This document shows, piece by piece, positions 1 through 11,654 of a stretch of DNA of 64,000 nt (its first letter is position 1; each line of letters opens with the position of its first letter). The notes beneath the pieces are model-generated. The model worked only from the letters and a program-made list of their open reading frames with translations. It made no database searches and was not told where the DNA came from. Both the position numbers and the translations under genes were made by a program. Source of the DNA: Malacoraja senta (lineage: Eukaryota); the NCBI GenBank assembly GCA_038087875.1, contig CM075992.1, forward strand, positions 9,798,001 to 9,862,000. Reading direction: 5' to 3'.

Positions 1-136
1 GAAAATTAAGGAATAAATTACCTAGAGCTGTTAGGAGCATTTCATGGCCTTAAAGCTTATTGCACTAATATGGGAAATGTGTATAATCAGGTACAGGTTG
101 ACAATACTACAGCTGTAGCATACCTAAATCACATGG

Positions 137-598
137 GTGGTATCAAATCAGAATCATGTGATAGATTGGCAAATGAAATTTGGACCTGGTGTATTGCCAG
201 GAAAAATTTGGCTGTCAGCAATATATTTACCAGGTAAATTTAACTTAATTGCAGTCAAAATATCACGTAAATTTAATGATAATACAGAATGGATGTTAAA
301 TCAGGAAATATTTACACAAATTGTAACACAATTTGGAATGCCAGAGATTGATTTGTTTGCATCAAGACTAAACCACCAATTGCCTAAATATGTGTCATGG
401 GAACCTGATCCTGGTGCAGTAGCGGTGGATGCTTTCTCGCTACATTGGGGTGGTATGTTTCTGTATGCATTTCCACCATTTTGTTTAATCAACAGATGCA
501 TACAGAAAATTAAACAAGACTCAGCCTCAGGGATTTTGGTAGTACCAGATTGGCCTACACAGCTATGGTACCCACTGGTGTTAAAAATGATCAAATAA
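137..598 (+). pseudogene. DIRS RNase H C-terminus plus DNA N6-adenine methyltransferase-like (MT) domain, frameshifted
   Basis: IDLFASRLNHQLPKYVSW...DAFSLHW...LYAFPPF...LVVPDWPTQLWYP. Confidence 0.85.
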
Positions 599-599
599 A

Positions 600-1495
600 C
601 CCTTATGATTAGAAGCAGTACATTTCCTATATAAAGAAATGGGAGGTGTTTTGTTCAGGAAAGAATATTGCATATAACACAGCAGAAATTTCAGATGTAA
701 TAGAGTTTCTTTAAACTCTATACTACAAATTAAAATTAAGTTATAGTGCAATCAATACTGCACGAAGTGCACTCTCTGCATATTTAAGCAGTGAATCAGA
801 ACAAAATCCAATAGGATCACATCCTTGGGTCTGTAGGTTTATGAAAGGAATTTTCAACTCCAATCCTCCTAGACCTAGGTATACAAAAATCTGGAATGTA
901 AAAGATGTACTGATGCTGCTGAGGGATTGGAATCCTAAATCACCATGAAATTGGTTATGCTCATGGCATTAGTTTCAGCTCAGAGTTCAAACATTACAGA
1001 AACTAAGAATTGACAGAATGAAGGTAGGGGCGAATGCCGTTACATTCTATGTCTATGATTTACTGAAGCAAAGTAGACCTGGGATCACGGGATGTAAGTT
1101 GGAGTTTTCAACATATCCTAGCAGTTCCACGGCTATGTGTAGTAACATATGTAAAATGTTACATAGAAACAACAAGAATCTTAAGAGGCACAGAATTGGC
1201 ATTTTTTATTAGTCATAAAAAGCCTCATAAGAAAGTGTCAACACAGACAATTTCAAGATGGTTGAAACAGGTGTTGATTTATTCAGGTATTGATACTGAT
1301 AAATTTAGATCACATTCCTCCAGGGCGGCATCAACATCGGCGGCCAGGGATTCGGATGTGCCAATAGACCTTATCCTCGCGGCCGCAGGATGGGCAAGTG
1401 AACAGATGTTTCACAAGTATTACCATAAGGAGATTAAAGATCTCGGGGTGTTTAGTGATGCCGTGCTGGATTCAGTATTAAATCCCCCATTATAA
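600..1495 (+). pseudogene. DIRS tyrosine recombinase, frameshifted
   Basis: YSAINTARSALS, SRWLK, catalytic H-x-x-R (HSSR) and AAGW...FHKYY; homologous to 22856-23832. Confidence 0.88.
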
Positions 1496-2049
1496 TAAAT
1501 GGGCCTAATTTGTTACTTTTGTTAAAATAAATAGAACCATTAACTGATTACATTTAATGTTTTGGTTATGCATTGTTGATTGTGCTTACTCAAATAGAGT
1601 CAATCAGTGCAGTGAGCACCTGGATTTTAATCCGCGGTGTGAAATCTCAGAGCTTTGAAATCTTCACGTAGTCACTCACGTGACTCCGAAGTAAAATAGT
1701 AAGATTAAACGAGAACTTACCAGTTTGAAGTTTGATCTTTATTTTATGAGGAGTAACGTTGAGGGATTACGTGCCCTCCTCATAAAAGGATCAAGCTGGT
1801 AGTTCTAAGTCTTTATGCATCTTACTATCATACTTCAGTAATTATCGTCTGTGATTGTCACTCCGCTGCTTTGAAAGATTGACGCGTGTGCGGCTGGACG
1901 GGGTCTTCTTCACGTAATCCCTCAACGTTACTCCTCATAAAATAAAGATCAAACTTCAAACTGGTAAGTTCTCGTTTAATCTTACTATCAATCTTCAAGA
2001 CATTTGGGACACTTGTCTTTAACAGCTGAAGCATAGAATACAGGTTCTC

Positions 2050-2250
2050 AGTTTAGTTTATTGACTCGTGCACCAAGGTACAGTGAAAACCTTTTGTGGC
2101 GTGCTAACCAGTCAGCGGAAAGACAATACATGATTACAATCGATGCATTTACAGTGTATAGATACAGGATAAGGGAATAATGTTTAGTGCAAGGTACAGC
2201 CAGGAAAGTCCAATCAAGGATAGTCAGAGGTTCACCAAAGAGGTAGACAG
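2050..2250 (-). mobile_element. Rex1/Babar-like LINE 3' UTR fragment
   Basis: reverse complement of the tail seen at 4300-4398 and 63150-63253. Confidence 0.6.
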
Positions 2251-2427
2251 GGAAACCAAGATTTGAAAAAATACAACATTAGACTGTTTTGGCTTGAATG
2301 TATTTGAGATACTTCAGAAGAAGCTTCCACTTATTTCTAGATACTGTACTAATCTCTTCCAAAATGCTGCCTGGAATCGAAGATATCAGCAACACAAATG
2401 CATCAGCTCCGGCAAGGTGCTACATGA

Positions 2428-2590
2428 GCGGCACGGTGGATCAGCAGTAGTGTTGCAGCCTCACAGCGCTGGAGACCCGGGTTCGATCCTGACTACGGGT
2501 ACGGAATTTTTACGTTCTCCCCTTGAACTGCGTGGGTTTTCGCCGGGTGCTTCGGTTTCCTCCCACGCTCCAAAGATGTACATGTTTGTA
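2428..2590 (+). mobile_element. tRNA-derived SINE (HE1/V-SINE-like), 3' truncated
   Basis: GGCACGGTGG head, B box GGTTCGATCC, central core GCGTGGGTTTT. Confidence 0.75.
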
Positions 2591-2644
2591 GGTCTCTCGC
2601 CCGTAGAGTCAGAGAGCAGAAGTACAGAAGTGTGAAAACGCATT

Positions 2645-4400
2645 GCACACCAATGCCTCTATTTCATTACAGGGCTTAGGAAGTTTGGCATATTCCCAAC
2701 AACTCTCACCAACCTTCACAGATGCGCCATAGAAAGCATTTTATCGGGATGCATCACAGCATTGTTTGGGAACAGCTCCATCCATGACCGCAAGAAATTG
2801 CAGAGAATTGTGGACGCAGCCCAGCCCATCACACAAACCAGCCTCCCTTCCATTGACTCCATCTACACCTCACACTGCCTCGGCAAGGCCAGCAGCATAA
2901 TCAAGTACCAGTCGCACCCCGACCACTCACTCTTCTCCTCTCTCCCATCAGGCATGGTATTGGGGGTAGGGTGTTGACATGGATAGAAAATTGGTTGGCA
3001 GACAGGAAGCAAAGAGTAGGAGTGAACGGGTCCTTTTCAGAATGGCAGGCAGTGGCGAGTGGAATGCCGCAAGGCTCGGTGTTGGGGCCGCAACTGTTTA
3101 CCATATATATTAATGATTTGGAAGAGGCAATTAGGAGCAACACTAGCAAGTTTGCGGATGACACAAAGCTGGCAGTGTGAACTGTGAAGAGGATGTTAGG
3201 AGGTTGCAGGGTGACCAGGTTGAGTGCGTGGGCAGATGCAGTATAATATAGATAAATGTGAGGTTATCCACTTTGGTGGCAAAAACAAGGGTGCAGATTA
3301 TTATCTCAATGGGGTTAGGTTAGGCAAGGGGGAGGTGCAGTGAGACCTGGGTGTCCTTGTATACCAGTCACTGAAGGTTGGCGTGCAGGTACAGCAGGCA
3401 ATGAAGAAAGCTAAATGAATGTAGGCGTTCATAACAAGAGGATTTCAGTATAGGAGTAGGGAGGTTCTTCTGCAGTTGTATAGGGCTCTGGTGAGACCAC
3501 ATCTGGAGTATTGTGCCCAGTTTTGATCTCCGAATTTGAGGAAGGACATCCTTGTGATTGAGGGAGTGCAGCGTAGGTTCACGAGATTGATCCCTGGGAT
3601 GGCGGGAATGTCATATGAGGAAAGATTGAAAAGACTAGGCTTGTATCCACTGGAGTTTAGAAGGATGAGGGGGAATCTTATAGAAACATATAAAATTATA
3701 AAAGGACTGGACAAGCTAGATGCAGGAAAAATGTTCCCAATGTTGGGCTAGTCCAGAACTAGGGGCCACAGTCTTAGAATAAAGGGGAAGCCATTTAAGA
3801 CTGAGGTGAGAAAAAAAAATTTCACCCAGAGAGTTGTGAAGTTATGGAATTCCCTGCCACAGAGGGCAGTGGAGGCCACATCACTGGATGGATTTAAGAG
3901 AGTGTTAGATAGAGCTCTAGGGGCTAGTGGAATCAAGGAATATGGGGAGAAGGCATGCATGGATTATTGATTGGGAACGATCAGCCATGATCACAATGAA
4001 TAGCGGTGCTGGCTCGAAGGGCCGAATGGCCTCCTCCTGCACCTATTTTCTATGTTTCTATGTCTATGTTTCCAAGAGTTACAGAAGTGTGAAAACGCAC
4101 ACCTCCAGGTTCAGAGACAGTTTCTTCCCGGCTGTTATGAGGCAACTGAACCATCCTACCAACAACTAGAGAGTGATCCTGAGCTACTATCTACCTCATT
4201 GGAGACCCCCACCCTCTCATTGGTTGGACTTTACTGGACTTTACCTTGCACTAAATATTATTCACATGATTCCCCTTATCCTGTATCTGTACACTATTGA
4301 TGACTCGATTGTAATCATGTATTGTCTTTCCACTGACTGGTTAGCACACAACAACAGCTTTTCACTCTACCTCGGTACAAGTGGCAATAAACTAAACTCA
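2645..4400 (+). mobile_element. Rex1/Babar-like LINE 3' part, split by a CR1 insertion
   Basis: RKKLQRIVDAAQ...[13 protein letters not shown], resuming at about 4073 with YRSVKTHTSRFRDSFFPA; AAACT-type tail. Confidence 0.8.
2953..4072 (+). mobile_element. CR1/HER1-like LINE, 5' truncated, with stops and frameshifts
   Basis: [28 protein letters not shown]; (CTATGTTT)n tail. Confidence 0.92.
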
Positions 4401-4450
4401 ATCGCTGCACAGCTCCAGATTCAGGGACAGTTTTTGTTCCTCGTGTATCT

Positions 4451-4622
4451 GACAATAGACAATAGACAATAGGTGCAGGAGTAGGCCATTCGGCCCTTCG
4501 AGCCAGCACCGCCATTCAATGTGTCATGGCTGATCACCCACATTCAGTACCCCGTTCCTGCCTTCTTGACTTATCCCCTGAGTCCAATATCTTTAAGAAC
4601 CCGATCTAACTCTCTCTTGAAA
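4451..4622 (-). mobile_element. CR1-like LINE 3' end
   Basis: (ATTGTCT)n tail on the minus strand plus CR1 3' UTR. Confidence 0.8.
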
Positions 4623-5226
4623 GTTGAGTTCCTTCAATTCTGTGAATGGGAGTCTAATCCAGTGCTTGCTTTCTATTCCACCCACAGGTTGGCAGGCGAT
4701 GCGAGGGGGAGCAGCTAAACGCTGCACATGCTGAAGATTCCACACAGCAAGGGAAAAAGCCTAGAAGCGGCTGACAGATGTGGCAGCATCTGTCATGAGA
4801 GTGTTTTGCTGTCTGAATGCTGCCACTGAATGCTTTCCAGAGACTTGCACAGCACTGCCGCTCTTCTGGGTGGTCTATTTTGTAGTTTAAAATTTAGTTT
4901 TAGTTATTAGTTTTCGTTTTAGAGATACAGCGCAGAAACAGGCCCTTCGGCCAAGCGAGTCGGTGCCGACCAGTGATCCTAACGCACTTATGCCATTTTA
5001 CACTCGGGATATTTTTTACATTTGGATTTAGGATTTGCACGGGTGTCAGGAGTTACGGGGAATAGGCAGGAGAGGGAAAGACAGATCAGCCATGATTGAA
5101 TGGTGGAGTAGGCTTGACGGGCCGAATGGCCTAATTCTGCTCCGAGAACTCAAGAATTTGTGAACTCATGAGTGCAGAGACTGAGCAGGAAGGAGGATGG
5201 AAGGGACACAGGGAGACTGCAGATGC

Positions 5227-5530
5227 TGGATACATGAGCAAAACATGGGCAGCACGGTGGCTTGCAGCGCCAGAGACCCAGGTTCGATCCTGACTACGGG
5301 TGCTCTTGACTCTACTGTCTGTAGAGAGTTTGTACATTCTCCCCGCGTGGGTTTTCTCCGAGATCCTCGGTTTCCTCCTACACTACAAAGACGTACAGGT
5401 TTGTAGGTTAATTAGCTTGGTGGATGTTTAAATTGTCCTTATTGGGTGTAGGATAGTGTGTAGGATGGCGCACACTTGGTGAGCCGAAGGGCCTGTTTCC
5501 TCGCTGTATCTCTAAAACTAAAAAACTATA
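5227..5530 (+). mobile_element. HE1/V-SINE-like SINE
   Basis: B box, core, GCCGAAGGGCCTGTTTCC tail, AAACT repeats. Confidence 0.8.
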
Positions 5531-5684
5531 AACAAGGAACAGTGGGTCAGGCAGCATCTGTGGAGGGAATGGGGAGTGAGTTGAAGAGAGTGATGGGTCT
5601 ATCAGAGAGCCAACACAGGCAAAATGAGACAAGAGCCTTCTGGCTGCAGTTGTTCATCTTTTCCGCTCATGTTCTCTGTGGTTT

Positions 5685-5992
5685 TGACTTTAGAGGTACA
5701 GTGTAGAAGCAGGCCCTTCGGTCCACGGAGTCCATGCTGACCAGGGATCACTCCGTACACTAGCACCATCCTACACACTCTAGGGACAATTTACAATTTT
5801 TTTACCAAAACCAATTAACCTGAAAACCTGTACGTCTTTGGAGTGTGGGAGGAAACCGAAGCACCTGGAGAAAACCCACGCAGGTCACGGGGAGAATGTA
5901 CAAACTCGGTACAGACAGCACCCGTAGTCAGGATCGAACCGGGGTCTCTGGCGGTGTAAGGCAGCAGCTCTACCCGCTGCACCACCGTGCTG
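5685..5992 (-). mobile_element. HE1/V-SINE-like SINE, near full length
   Basis: reverse-complement head, core and tail. Confidence 0.85.
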
Positions 5993-6352
5993 CAACTTGT
6001 CCATTTCAACCAAGATGCCCTATCTAAGCTAGTTCCATTTCCCTGTGTTTGGCCTTAAATCCTTCCTATCCATGTACCTGTCCTAATGTCTTTTAAATGC
6101 TGTTATAGTACCTTCTTCAACGACCTCCTCGGGCAGCTCGTTCCACATACCCACCACTGTCTGAGTGAGAAAGCTACTGTACAGCTACGCCATTTTCTCC
6201 TTTCCTCAGCCGCTGTTACTCCGATTATTTGCTCCCAAGATGTGGACACATCGTGGACCGTTGGCACTCATTCCCCATCACTAGATGCCTCTGCAGAGCC
6301 CAGACGGGGGAGGGATGGCAATTCTCTTCTCCGAAGCCTGTTAGAGAACTAG

Positions 6353-7380
6353 ATGTGTAGGAAGGAACTGCAGATGCTGGTTTAAACCAAAGATAGACAG
6401 AAAATGCTGGAGTAACTCAGCTGGACAGGCAGCATCTCTGGAGAGAAGGAATAGGTGATGTTTCTGGTGAGAGTCAGTGAGAGTCGGGGAAAAGGGAAAT
6501 GAGAGGGAAAGTTGGTGATGTAAGGAGATATGGAACAAATTAATGAAGGACATTCAAGAAAGTAACGGTGATCAAGGAAACAGGCCAATGTTAGCTGTGG
6601 GCTAAGTGTGAACGAGTTACAGGCAATGAGACTCACCAGGACGACATTGAGGTGGGGGAGGGATGGAGAGAGAGGGGATCAAGGGTTACTTGAAGTTAGA
6701 GAAATCAATATTCATATCGTTGGGTTGTAAACTGCACAAATGAAATATGAGATGCTGTTCCTCCAATTTGTGTTGGGCCTCACTCTGACAATGGAGGAGG
6801 CCCAGGACAGAAATGTCAGTGTGGGAATGGGAAGATGAATTGAATGTTTGGCAACCAGGAGATCAGGTAGGTCCAGGCGGACTGAGCGAAGGTGTTCAGT
6901 GAAACGGCCGCCCAGTCTACGTTTGATTTCGCTGACGAACAACGGATACAGTAGATGAGGTTGGAGGAGGTGCAATTGGACCTCTGTCTAACCTGAAAGG
7001 ACTGTCAGGGTCCCTGGACAGAGTCGAGGGAGGAGATATAGGTGTTGCATCTCCTGCAGTTGCAGGGGAAGGTACCTGGGCAGGTGGTGGTTTGGGGGGG
7101 GGGGGGAAGGGTTGTTAACCAAGGAGTTGCAGAGGGAATGGTCTCTGGGGAAGGCGGAAAGGGGTGGAGATGGGAATAAGGGACTAGTGGTGTGATCCCG
7201 TTGGAGGTGGCAAAAATGTCGGAGAATTATGTGTTGTATGTTACGGCTAATGAGGTGAAAGGTGAGGACAAGGGGGCTCTGTCTCTGTTGCAACTGGTGG
7301 AAGGGGAAGCAAGAGCGGAGCTACAGGATACTGAGGAGACACCTGTGAGGGCCTCATCTAAGATGGGAGAGGGGAACCCC
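6353..7380 (-). mobile_element. Penelope-like element 3' part (GIY-YIG endonuclease remnant plus pseudo-LTR)
   Basis: PLVLTFH...; KRRLGGRFTEHLRSVR; homologous to 15462-16148. Confidence 0.85.
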
Positions 7381-7507
7381 CATTTTACAACATGTGTTTT
7401 ACAATAATATATTTTTTCTGTGGTCACCATTGTTGAAGTTGGCTTTGTTTTAGTCCTCAGATTTAGTTACTGCGTCATCCAGCATAGAAACAGGCCTATG
7501 AGCCCAA

Positions 7508-7787
7508 CTTTAGACTTTAGAGATACAGCATGGAAACAGGTCCTGCAGCCCATCGAATCCGCGCCAACCAGCAATCCTACACTCTAGGTACAATTTACAA
7601 TTTTACAGAGCAATTAATCTACAAACCTGTACGTCTTTGGAGTGAGGGAGGAATCCAGAGCACCCGGAGGAAACCCATTCAGTCACAGAGAGAACATACA
7701 AACTCCATACAGACAGCACCTGTTGTCAGGGTCAAACCTGGGCTTCTGGCGCTGTAAGGCAGTAACTCTACCTCTGTGTCACTGCCA
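7508..7787 (-). mobile_element. HE1/V-SINE-like SINE
   Basis: reverse-complement SINE motifs. Confidence 0.75.
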
Positions 7788-7789
7788 TC

Positions 7790-8779
7790 TTGGGGAACGG
7801 CTGCTAACCAGCAGCCGTCCATTAAATTCACTTTTTTTCCTTAGTTTTTAGTTTTTCTATGTCTTTGTTGGGGAATTTTGACTTTTAATGTGGGGGGATA
7901 AGGGGGAAACTATTTCTAGGTCCCTACCTGGTCGGTGAGGCAGCTTTTTCTCCGGGCTGCCCCATCGACCCGTCCTTGTGGCCTACCAGCGGGCGTGGAG
8001 CGACGTGGAGCGGCGTTTCCTGGCGGGGACTGCCCAGCACTTTCAGCTTCGGTGGCGGCACAGCGCTGGAGCGCTATCGCGGAGCGGAGCGGGCGATGCC
8101 TTGCCTGGGTCGCCGCGCTGGATCGACGCGCTGGAGCTCCGGTATGCAGTGACCGCCGAGCTCAACACCTCCGGGCTGCGGGACTGCGGAGCGGCCAGCC
8201 GCGGGCGGCGGCGCCGACTTTAACATCGGGAGCCTCGGAGCTCCGAATCGGCGCGGCCTTGTCGGCTTCAGGTGCCACGGACTCCGGTAGGAAACCGGCT
8301 GTTCCAGCCGTCCCAGCCGCTGCGAGGACTCTCCCGACGCCAGGGCAACTGCACCCGGCGAGAACGGCCAGGAACATCGGGCCTCCGTAGAGGCAACTGA
8401 GGAGGCCTCAATAGACCTGACTTTGGGGAGAACTGGGGTTGGGGACTGGACATTGTGCCTTCCCCCACAGTGGTGATCATTGTGGGGGGGTGATTTTGTG
8501 TGTAGTGTGTAGTGTCTATGTTAGTCTATGTCCAAGATGGCGGTCGGAAGGGAGAGTGTACGCTGGCGCGGTTTGGCTGCCGCTGCTCTCCCTTCACATT
8601 GTGTTTCTGAATTTTGTTGTTGTCTTTTTTGGATCTAATTTCTGTCTTTAATTTGTGTATTGTGATGTCTTTATAACTTATTTTACTCTGATTATATGTT
8701 TCTTTGTTAAATTTTGTAAGGTGTCCTTGAGACTTTTGTATAGGCGCCCTTAAATAAAATCTATTATTATTATTATTAT
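7790..8779 (+). mobile_element. Non-coding retroposon with GC-rich core and LINE-type 3' end
   Basis: T-rich/G-run 5' part, CpG-rich core, GTGTCCTTGAG...GGCGCC...AATAAAA and (TAT)n tail. Confidence 0.6.
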
Positions 8780-9559
8780 CATGATGCCCTATCTAAGGCA
8801 GCCTGATTTCCCTGTGTTAGCCCTTAAAACTTTCCTATCCAAGTACCTGTCCAAATGTCTTTTAAATGCTGTCTTCAGCTACCTCCTGGGGGACCTCATT
8901 CCATATACCCACCACTGTCTGAGTGAGAAAACTAAGGTTAGAACATATAACATAGAGAAGTACAGCACAGGAATGGGCCCTTCAGCTGTGGCACAATGCC
9001 TGTGCCAAACATAATGACAGGACCAAATCCTATCAGCCTGCACACAATCCATATCCTCCCATGGTCCAACAAGGCTCACCTACTAATAACTAGGCCTCAC
9101 CAGCAAACCAGCAAACCCTCGCTAGCAATGTAAAAATATAGATCATAGTTTGGAATATTTCTATTTATTGAAAGGTGCAGGAACAGAACTGAATATCGAA
9201 AATGCTAGAAATGCTCAGAGGGTCATGCAGCATTTTATTATTAATGTTCAATGTTTTATGTGTAATTCTTAATTGTTTACTGTATGTCGTGTTGTTCCTT
9301 GCGAGTGGAGCACCAAGGCAAATTCATTGTATGTGTACATACTTGGTCAATAAACGTATTCATTCATTCATCTGTAGAGGGAGAAACTATTAATGGCATG
9401 AGGCACAGAAGCACAGAGTCATACAGCACAGAAACACTCCCTTCGGCTCAACTTGCCCACGCTGACCAAGATGCCCCATCTACACTAGTCCCACCTGCCT
9501 GCGTTTGGTCCAGATGCCTCTAAACCTGTCCTATCCATGTAAATGTTCAAACAGTTTTT

Positions 9560-10875
9560 AAGGCTGGAGGGTGGCAAATGTTATGCCTCTATTCAAGAAG
9601 AGCTAAGGAAAAACCTGGGGAACTACAGACTAGTGAGCATCCATGGTCAGAAAGTTACTGGAGAGTATTCTGAGGGATAAAACGAAGATAGGCACAAAAT
9701 GCTGGAGTAACTCAGTGGGATAGGCAGCATCTCTGGAGAGAAGGAATAGGTGACGTTTCAGGTCGAGATCCTTGAAGAATTATTTATTGTTATTATACAA
9801 GAGTCGAGACCCTTGAAGAATTATTATTGAAGAAGGGTCTCAACCCAAAACATCACCCATTCCTTCTCTCCAGAGATGCTGCCTGCCCCGCTGAGTTACT
9901 CCAGCATTTTGTGTCTATCTTCAATTTAAACCTACATCTTCAGTTCCTTCCTACACATTCTGAGGGGTAAGTTACATATGCATTTGGATAGACAAGGGCT
10001 GATAAGGAATAGTCAGCGAGGTTTTGTACATGGGAGTTTGTGTCTCACAAATCTGATATGTGTTTTTTGACAATGTGACCAAAAAGGTAGATGGGGGCAG
10101 AGCTGTAGATGTTGTGTATATGGATATCAGGAAAACACCTACACAGTAAATGGTAGGCCTCTGGGGAGTGTTGTAGAGCAGAGGGATCTAAGGTACATGG
10201 TTCCTTGAAACTTTCATCACAGGTAGATAAGGTGGTCAAAAAGATTTTCGGCACTTTGGCCTTCATCAGTCACAGTATTGAGTATAGAAGTCGGGAGGTC
10301 ATGTAGCAGTTATATAAGACGTAGGTGAGGCCACATTTGGAGAATTGTGTTCAGTTTAGGGCACCATGTTATAGAAAAGATGTTGTCAAGCTGGAAAGGG
10401 GGCAGAGAAGATTTACAAGGCTGTTGCCAGGACTTAAGGGCCTGAGCTATAGGGAGAAGTTCAGCAGGCGAGGATTATTCCTTGGAGCGCAGGAGGATGA
10501 GGGGTGATCTTATAGAGGTGTATAAAATCATGCGAGGAATAGATTGGGTAAACACACAGAGTTTCTTGTCCAGAATGGGGGAATCGGGAACCAGAGGACA
10601 TAGGTTCAAGATTTAATAGGAAGCAGAGGTGTAATTTTCTCACACAAAGGGTGATGGGTGTATGGAACAAGATGCGGTAGGAGGTAGTTGAGGAAGGTAC
10701 TATCATAATGTATGTATCGTAAACATTTAGACAAGTACATGGATAGGATAGGTTTAGAGGGATATGGCCCAAATACAGGAAAGTGGGACTAGTGTAGATG
10801 GGGTATGTTGGTTGGTGTAGGCAAGTTGGGCCGATGGGCCTGTTTCCACACTGACTACATGATTCTATGTCTATG
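9560..10875 (+). mobile_element. Old CR1-like LINE with internal deletions and a Penelope-derived insert
   Basis: VRPHLENCVQF, KLERGQRRFTRLLPG; CR1 3' UTR. Confidence 0.8.
9680..9957. mobile_element. Palindromic Penelope pseudo-LTR pair
   Basis: AAAATGCTGGAGTAACTCAG...CAGCATCTCTGGAGAG and its reverse complement. Confidence 0.75.
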
Positions 10876-10941
10876 TAAACGTTATAGTACTTGCCTCAAT
10901 TACTTCCTTTGGCAGTTTGTACCATACAACCTCCACTCTTA

Positions 10942-11271
10942 AAGCCCTGTCCCACGGTACGAGTTCATTCCAAGAGGTCTCCCTAGTTTGCCCTGATTCG
11001 AACTTGGAGATTTACGGTAATGGCCGCTCGTCGGTACTCGGGGCTCTCGTGGACATTTTTCAACATGTTGAAAAATCTTCACGAATCTTCCCGTGCTTAC
11101 CTGCCGTTAGCGAGTCTTCCCGAGTACCTGCCGTTAGCGTTACGAGCCGCTAAGAGATGTCCCCGAGCTCCGACGTACCCGCTACATTCATTCTCCGTGC
11201 TTACCACGAGTTATTATTTTTTTTAACTCGGCAGAGCACTTGGAATGAACTGGTACCGTGGGACAGGGCTA
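10942..11271. mobile_element. PIF/Harbinger-like MITE
   Basis: about 32-bp TIRs AGCCCTGTCCCACGGTACGAGTTCATTCCAAG; TTA on both flanks. Confidence 0.8.
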
Positions 11272-11654
11272 TTAGTGTGAAAAAGACAAGAGTGTTTGTT
11301 TATTGTATGCACCAGGAATGGAACAATGACATTCTTGTTTATATGTTCATAAGTCATAGGAGCAGAATTAGGCCATTCGACCCATCTGCCATTGAATCAT
11401 AGCTGATCTATCTGTCCTTCTCCTGCCTTCTCCCCATAACCCTTGTTGCTGCAGCTCTGCAGCCACATTAACACAATGAATAAATATACACTAATCAGTA
11501 ATACAATAAATCATGGATCACGACCCAAAATGTCACCTATCCTTTATCTCCAGAGATGCTGCCTGACCTGCTCAGTTACTCCAGCACTTTGTGTCTATCT
11601 TCGGTATGAACCAGCATCTGCAGTTCCATTCTGCACAAATTATTGTTAATACTA

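Larger units (their letters stand above)
1..1988 (+). mobile_element. DIRS1-like tyrosine-recombinase retrotransposon, 3' part (RNase H end, methyltransferase-like domain, tyrosine recombinase, ICR, right terminus); runs off the window start
   Basis: INYLELL/DNTTAVAYLN RNase H-type residues at the start; DLFAS...YAFPPF; HSSRAAS...AAGW...FHKYY; perfect 78-bp inverted repeat 1696-1773/1911-1988. Confidence 0.92.

Noticed and set aside
137..1495. Prophage or bacterial Dam plus integrase (contamination or horizontal transfer)
   Set aside because: Domain order, linked RT/RNase H and ICR termini identify DIRS retrotransposons
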